Program-made: the position numbers and the translations under genes
Shown here: piece after piece, positions 59,182 to 64,000 of the stretch
Layout: each line of letters starts with the position of its first letter
How positions within the stretch are numbered: the stretch's first letter is position 1
Source of the DNA: Ignavibacteriales bacterium
Lineage (GTDB): Bacteria > Bacteroidota > Ignavibacteria > UBA10030
Reading direction: 5' to 3'
Assembly: GCA_037446575.1 (NCBI GenBank)
Contig: JBBIII010000005.1
Span: 13,033-77,032 of the forward strand
DNA: 64,000 nucleotides
Notes under the pieces: generated by a model
Database searches by the model: none
The model's input: only the letters and a program-made list of their open reading frames with translations
What the model was told of the DNA's origin: nothing

Positions 59182-59718
59182 TTATTTAGAAAATTTTTGT
59201 AGATGATTTTTCTCACCTTTCATAGTCCATTTTTTTAAGAAAGCAAAAACCTTTTCTTTATCATATCCTTTTATAGGTTTATCTTTTGAGTACTCAAGCG
59301 CTTCTGTATTCTGTGAATGCAAAAGCTTGCCATCTGTATCTAAGATAAAAAGATGTGGATAACCGACAACTTTCGGATATTTCGACAATACTTCTTTATT
59401 TTCATTCTCCTTACTAACATTTATTTTTACAACCACATAGTGTTTATAAAGATATTCTTTAAGATGGTTGTTTTTAATAAAGAGACTATCGAGCCGATGG
59501 CACCAACTGCACCACTCGCCACCAACATCTAAAAGTATTCGTTTATTATTTTTTTTCGATTCAATTATTGCATTTTCAATATCTTTTTTTGCATCGCGAG
59601 TAGGATCAAACTTTTGAGAACGATAAAACGAGCGGCTTTTTGAATCATCTACATTGCCTTCGAGAGACGGCTGATGTAAAAACTGCATTACAAAAATACT
59701 TAATATCAAAATATTCAT
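59182..59718 (-). CDS. Thioredoxin-fold protein with a CxxC motif.
   Basis: 178 aa. ..LLDVGGEWCSWCHRLD.. is a thioredoxin-like active site, preceded by an N-terminal signal/anchor. Confidence 0.6.
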   Translation of the reverse strand: MNILILSIFVMQFLHQPSLEGNVDDSKSRSFYRSQKFDPTRDAKKDIENAIIESKKNNKRILLDVGGEWCSWCHRLDSLFIKNNHLKEYLYKHYVVVKINVSKENENKEVLSKYPKVVGYPHLFILDTDGKLLHSQNTEALEYSKDKPIKGYDKEKVFAFLKKWTMKGEKNHLQKFSK

Positions 59719-59809
59719 TGAATTGAATTAAAGAAATGAATTAAAAGGCGTGAACAAATAGAAACCCTTTTTATGATTGTATAAAAAGTATGAATTTCTC
59801 TGATTGTAG

Positions 59810-59895
59810 TGCCGAGAGCGGGACTCGAACCCGCACGTCCTTGTCAGGACACAGGATTTTAAGTCCTGTGCGTCTACCAATTCCGCCATCCCGGC
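59810..59895 (-). tRNA. tRNA-Leu (anticodon UAA).
   Basis: The reverse complement GCCGGGATGGCGGAATTGGTAGACGC-ACAGGACTTAAAATCCTGT-(long variable arm)-GCGGGTTCGAGTCCCGC-TCTCGGCA folds as a cloverleaf. The 7-bp acceptor stem has one GU pair. The anticodon loop is CTTAAAA, and the long variable arm fits a type II Leu tRNA. Confidence 0.85.
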
Positions 59896-59955
59896 ATTAT
59901 GGTAATTTGTAACTTATATTTAAATATATATACAAACATTAAGTTACCTATGTTG

Positions 59956-60027
59956 AGGCGCCGAGCGGATTCGAACCGCTGCATAAAGGTTTTGCAGACC
60001 TCTCCCTTACCACTTGGGTACGGCGCC
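59956..60027 (-). tRNA. tRNA-Cys (anticodon GCA).
   Basis: The reverse complement GGCGCCGTACCCAAGTGGTAAGGGAGAGGTCTGCAAAACCTTTATGCAGCGGTTCGAATCCGCTCGGCGCC-T has anticodon loop CTGCAAA and discriminator U, as is usual for Cys. Confidence 0.85.
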
Positions 60028-60085
60028 TTAGAATTCTAAGATTGAAGATTTATGATTTTACTAATCTTCTGTTAATTCAAAGAAC

Positions 60086-60123
60086 AAAAACCCCACTGCT
60101 TATAAGTATTTTCTGAAGTGGGG
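60086..60123 (-). terminator. Hairpin plus T-tract between tRNA-Gly and tRNA-Cys (minus-strand orientation).
   Basis: ccccact ... agtgggg is a 7-bp G/C stem, followed on the minus strand by TTTTTGTTC. Confidence 0.4.
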
Positions 60124-60151
60124 CAAGCATGTAGTCTCTCATATTTTTTTG

Positions 60152-60224
<73 letters not shown>

Positions 60225-60426
60225 AAATACTGAATAAATATACCAAAAACGTTTTCACTCTGCAAGTTTTTTTTAAATGAAATTATTATGCAATATATAT
60301 TCAAAAAAAATATAACAGTTGAACGAACATATATGCTTTTATTTTAATGTGTGCTGTGTATTCAACACGAAAGTTTATTATATTGCTCGCAATAATTTTC
60401 AACATATTTTTTAAAAAAGGATTTTT

Positions 60427-61779
60427 ATGAACATTGAATCTATATTGCGCGGTTTAATCGGTATTTTCGTATTAATAGGGATTGCATTTCTTTTTTCAAA
60501 CAATAAACGGCAAGTAAATTGGCGACTTGTTGCAATCGGTCTCTGTATTCAATTGGTATTTGCAATTTTCATTATTCATCACGAATTGCTGCGCTCATGG
60601 TTTTTTGCACTCGGTTGGCCTAAAGATATTGTTGATTGGCTTGGCGGCGTAGTTGTTAATTTGCTCAAATTCACTACTAAAGGTTCGGAATTTGTTTTAG
60701 GTCGGCTCGCTTTCAATTCGGGTCCAGAAAGTTTAGGATTCTTTTTTGCATTTCAAGTTCTGCCTACTATTATATTTATTTCCTGCCTTACATCAATACT
60801 ATATTATTTGGGAATTCTGCAAACGATAGTGAAAGGGATGGCTTGGATTATGGCAAAATTGCTCGGAACAAGTGGAGCTGAGTCTTTATCAAACACCGCG
60901 AACATTTTCGTGGGGCAGACTGAAGCGCCGCTTTTAATAAAGCCATACATCGCAAAAATGACTCAATCTGAATTGCATACAATTATGGTGGGCGGTATGG
61001 CTACAATTGCCGGCGGTGTAATGGCAAGTTACATACAAATGCTCGGCCATTCATTCGCCGAGGCGCATAACATTCCTTTATACGAAGCTCAATTGAAATT
61101 CGCGGTTCAATTATTAGCGGCAAGCGTTATGGCAGCGCCTGCCTCGTTAGTTATTTCAAAAATTCTATTTCCAGAAACCGGCGTACCGGAAACAAAAGGA
61201 ACCGTTCGCTTGAAAGTGGAAAAGAACGCATCTAACGTAATTGAGGCGGCGGCAACCGGAGCTGGAGATGGACTTAAACTTGCTTTGAATGTTGCCGGAA
61301 TGTTGCTTGCATTTATTGCATTGATAGCGCTATTGAATTATTTACTTCAAGCTTTTGGAAATATTATCGGTATAAACGAGTACTTAACATCTAATTTTGG
61401 ACAACCCCTTTCTATGCAACTCGTGTTCGGATTGATACTGCAATTTGTTGGCGCGGCTATTGGAGTTCCTTGGAGCGATGCATTCCGTTTCGGAAGTCTT
61501 ATTGGCACTAAAGTAGTCCTTAATGAATTTGTAGCTTACTTAGATCTCGCCTCTTTATTAAAGGCAAATCTATTAACAGATAAAGGAACTTTAATGGCAA
61601 CTTATGCGCTTTGTGGATTTGCCAATTTCTCGTCAATCGCAATTCTCATCGGAGGAATCGGTTCTATGGCGCCGGAACGAAAGAAAGATATTTCAGCATT
61701 AGGATTGCGCGCAGTCCTCGGCGGAACATTAGCGACTTTAATGACTGCTACTATTGCAGGACTGCTAATCGGTGGATAG
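60427..61779 (+). CDS. nupC: Concentrative nucleoside transporter (NupC/CNT family).
   Basis: 450 aa, multi-TM, collinear with NupC (e.g. ..GQTEAPLLIKPY..). Confidence 0.85.
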   Translation: MNIESILRGLIGIFVLIGIAFLFSNNKRQVNWRLVAIGLCIQLVFAIFIIHHELLRSWFFALGWPKDIVDWLGGVVVNLLKFTTKGSEFVLGRLAFNSGPESLGFFFAFQVLPTIIFISCLTSILYYLGILQTIVKGMAWIMAKLLGTSGAESLSNTANIFVGQTEAPLLIKPYIAKMTQSELHTIMVGGMATIAGGVMASYIQMLGHSFAEAHNIPLYEAQLKFAVQLLAASVMAAPASLVISKILFPETGVPETKGTVRLKVEKNASNVIEAAATGAGDGLKLALNVAGMLLAFIALIALLNYLLQAFGNIIGINEYLTSNFGQPLSMQLVFGLILQFVGAAIGVPWSDAFRFGSLIGTKVVLNEFVAYLDLASLLKANLLTDKGTLMATYALCGFANFSSIAILIGGIGSMAPERKKDISALGLRAVLGGTLATLMTATIAGLLIGG

Positions 61780-61797
61780 AAATCAAAGGTATTTATA

Positions 61798-62577
61798 ATG
61801 ATTCGCTCAATTATTATCTGGATCACAACGGGATTACTAATTCCTATTTGGTTTCTTATCATGCTTATTGTAAGAATCTTTGATGCTGATCCGGTTCATT
61901 ACTATACAGGTTATTTTTTTAGAAAGTTAGGTAATATTTTAGTTTTAATAAATCCAGCTTGGAAATTAGAAATTATGGGTGAAGAAATAACCAACCCCAG
62001 ATTACCCTACGTAGTAGTATGCAATCATCAATCTATGGTAGACATACCATTAATTAGTAATTTACCATGGGAGATGAAATGGATGGCAAAAAAAGAATTA
62101 TTTAAGATTCCGATTATCGGTTGGATGATGAAATTAGCTGGTGATATCTGCGTAGATAGAAAGAATCCACGTAGCGGAGCAAAAGCATTTCTACAAGCGC
62201 TGGATATTTTAAAACAACAATGTTCGATAATGATTTTTCCAGAAGGAACCCGGACAATAGATGGACGCGTGAGTTCATTTACGGATGGAGCATTTTACCT
62301 TGCAATAAAGGCGAAAGTCAACATCCTTCCACTCGTTATAGATGGAAGTCGAAATTGCATTCCAAAAAATAGTTGGAAATTTGGAAGCCCCTCTAAAATA
62401 TTCTTAAAGGTTTTACCTCCTATTGAAACGGCTCAGTTGACAATTAATGATATTGTGCAACTAAAAGAAAATGTGCGCAAGGCAATAATAAAACAAATAG
62501 CAGAGTGGCGTTCAGTTAGTATTGATGAAGTGGATGGGTTATTCGCCTCCTCTTCTTTGTCTAAATTAATCCGATAA
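61798..62577 (+). CDS. plsC: 1-acyl-sn-glycerol-3-phosphate acyltransferase (LPLAT / PlsC family).
   Basis: N-terminal TM. HxxxxD motif CNHQSMVDI. FPEGTR motif. Confidence 0.8.
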   Translation: MIRSIIIWITTGLLIPIWFLIMLIVRIFDADPVHYYTGYFFRKLGNILVLINPAWKLEIMGEEITNPRLPYVVVCNHQSMVDIPLISNLPWEMKWMAKKELFKIPIIGWMMKLAGDICVDRKNPRSGAKAFLQALDILKQQCSIMIFPEGTRTIDGRVSSFTDGAFYLAIKAKVNILPLVIDGSRNCIPKNSWKFGSPSKIFLKVLPPIETAQLTINDIVQLKENVRKAIIKQIAEWRSVSIDEVDGLFASSSLSKLIR

Positions 62578-62597
62578 TTATATCTATAAATACTCTT

Positions 62598-63500
62598 TTG
62601 ATTATGAAAGTTTTTTATCTTAACAATCCTGCAGCCGGACATAATAACGGGAAAAAACTTTACCCGTCTATTTTGGAAGCTCTGAAAAAACGAGGAATTG
62701 AATTTGACACAGTTCAAACAGAATTTGCAGGACATGGAATTACGATTGTCAGCAGTATTGATTTTAAAAAATACGACGCTATTTTAATCTCAGGAGGAGA
62801 TGGAACTTTATTTGAAGCCCTCAATGGCTACTTCGCAAACAAATCAGCGAAACGGATACCATTTGGCATTATTCCAATTGGACGAGGAAACGCTTTAGCG
62901 CGCGATCTAAACCTTTTCCCTGAAAAATGGGAGGAAGCTTTAGATACAATTAAATTCGGATACACAAAAAAAATTGACGTCGGAACATTCACCTCAAGCG
63001 GAAAGGTGTTCTATTTCATCAACATACTCGGGTTTGGATTTGTAACCGACATTGCGTCAACTGCTTATAAACTCCGAATATTCGGTGATTTATCGTATAT
63101 TCTTGGCGTTTTCTATCAAACCATAAATTTAAAATCATATCAGCTTACATTGGAAGCTGATGGTAAAATTTACGAGAGAGAAAATGTCTTTGTTGAGATT
63201 TCAAATTCTCGATATACGGGAAAAGATTTTTTAATGGCGCCCTCAGCAAAAATAGATGATGGATTTTTAGATGTAACGCTATTGAATAAACTTAATCGCA
63301 GAAGAGTGCTCCAATGTCTCCCAAAGATTTTTACAGGAACACATGGGACGATGAAAGAAGTTGAAATATTCCAAGCAAAGCATTTGATTATCAATACAAG
63401 TTCGCCTAAACGCTTAACACCCGATGGACAATTGTTAGGAACAACGCCAATAGAAGTAAAATGCCTGCCCAAAGCTTTGGAGGTTTTTTTCAATGCTTAA
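62598..63500 (+). CDS. Diacylglycerol-kinase-family lipid kinase (YegS/DagK-like).
   Basis: 300 aa. ..AILISGGDGTLFEALNG.. is the DAGK catalytic-domain glycine-rich motif. Confidence 0.8.
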   Translation: MIMKVFYLNNPAAGHNNGKKLYPSILEALKKRGIEFDTVQTEFAGHGITIVSSIDFKKYDAILISGGDGTLFEALNGYFANKSAKRIPFGIIPIGRGNALARDLNLFPEKWEEALDTIKFGYTKKIDVGTFTSSGKVFYFINILGFGFVTDIASTAYKLRIFGDLSYILGVFYQTINLKSYQLTLEADGKIYERENVFVEISNSRYTGKDFLMAPSAKIDDGFLDVTLLNKLNRRRVLQCLPKIFTGTHGTMKEVEIFQAKHLIINTSSPKRLTPDGQLLGTTPIEVKCLPKALEVFFNA

Positions 63501-63506
63501 AATAAA

Positions 63507-63536
63507 AAAGCCGACTTCATTTAGAAATCGGCTTTA
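63507..63536 (-). terminator. Hairpin terminator downstream of tRNA-Met (minus strand); it probably also ends the plus-strand plsC-dagK transcript.
   Basis: aaagccga-cttcatttagaaa-tcggcttt forms an 8-bp stem. On the minus strand it is followed by TTTTTATTTT. Confidence 0.5.
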
Positions 63537-63542
63537 ATATGT

Positions 63543-63615
63543 GGGCCCTGTAGGGCTCGAACCTACGACCCGCAGATTATGAGTCTGCTGCTCTAACCAA
63601 CTGAGCTAAGGGCCC
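63543..63615 (-). tRNA. tRNA-Met (CAU anticodon), elongator type (or tRNA-Ile2 if lysidinylated).
   Basis: The reverse complement GGGCCCTTAGCTCAGTTGGTTAGAGCAGCAGACTCATAATCTGCGGGTCGTAGGTTCGAGCCCTACAGGGCCC-A has anticodon loop CTCATAA. The G1-C72 pair and the absence of a GGG/CCC anticodon stem argue against an initiator tRNA. Confidence 0.8.
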
Positions 63616-63659
63616 TTAAAACAATACAAATTTATTAAAAATGTGGCCCAAATGCAAAA

Positions 63660-63962
63660 TCAATTTTGCATTCGTCTGTTTAATAAAAAAATATTTTGTT
63701 TGGTTTGCGCATGAACAGGATTTAACTGAAGAACTCTTTCATAATACTTTAATGCAGAAAAATAACACCGCTTCATTTCTAACAATACGCCGAGTTGAAA
63801 TAGAACTTCTTCATCATTCGGATATAGTTTTGATATATTAATCAATTCATCTATAGCGTATTCAGTAAGATTCATGGCAAGATATGTCTTTACTATCTCC
63901 ATTCGCATCTGTTTTTGTTTTTTTATTGCCTGTGAATAATTTAAAGAATCGTAGTAATTCAA
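63660..63962 (-). CDS. TPR-repeat protein (possibly the C-terminal part of a longer ORF near the window edge).
   Basis: 100 aa. ..AIDELINISKLYPNDEEVLFQLGVLLEMKRCYFSALKYYERVLQLNP.. are TPR-like helices. Confidence 0.4.
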   Translation of the reverse strand: MNYYDSLNYSQAIKKQKQMRMEIVKTYLAMNLTEYAIDELINISKLYPNDEEVLFQLGVLLEMKRCYFSALKYYERVLQLNPVHAQTKQNIFLLNRRMQN

Positions 63963-64000
63963 AATGCGGTATGTGTTTTTTATATAATTATTTTCGGGGA

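Overview
This is a low-GC (~35%), AT-rich window of mostly housekeeping chromosome with two outer-membrane/secretion loci. The gene content points to an Ignavibacteria / Bacteroidetes-Chlorobi-group bacterium: type IX secretion (T9SS) C-terminal sorting domains, PorV/UPF0164-like outer-membrane barrels, an F-ATPase operon that lacks atpD and atpC (expected to sit at a separate locus), and a heterodimeric E1 2-oxoacid dehydrogenase. Every call below comes from reading the sequence and remembered family motifs; no database search was run.

Core genes, in order along the window: pdhA-pdhB-E2; a lytic transglycosylase (MltD-like, five LysM domains); serS; a heterodimeric ABC exporter pair; cysS; recN; an mqnA-like gene; the ffh-rpsP-KH-rimM-trmD-rplS operon; atpZ/I-atpB-E-F-H-A-G; rpsU; an aldo-keto reductase; a POT-family peptide transporter; a tRNA cluster (Leu-Cys-Gly, plus Met); and nupC-plsC-dagK.

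Accessory-looking content:
- A six-gene minus-strand locus (3855-15039): NHL lipoprotein, PorV-like barrel, a CarboxypepD_reg TonB-dependent receptor, an unknown 589-aa lipoprotein, and two T9SS-CTD cargo proteins.
- A second outer-membrane trio (33632-37132) that includes a W/Y-rich plus Ser/Arg/Gly-rich disordered lipoprotein of very unusual composition.
- A LacI regulator with a perfect 22-bp palindromic operator, next to a YdiJ-like FAD/Fe-S oxidase and a UxaE-like epimerase.
- A GT9 heptosyltransferase followed by a stand-alone HisA-family isomerase, a PfkB kinase, DapD and an RmlD-like reductase, which could be a non-canonical heptose pathway.
- An orphan GspE/PilB-like ATPase.
- A bactofilin / M23 peptidase pair.

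No CRISPR array, integrase or transposase was seen.
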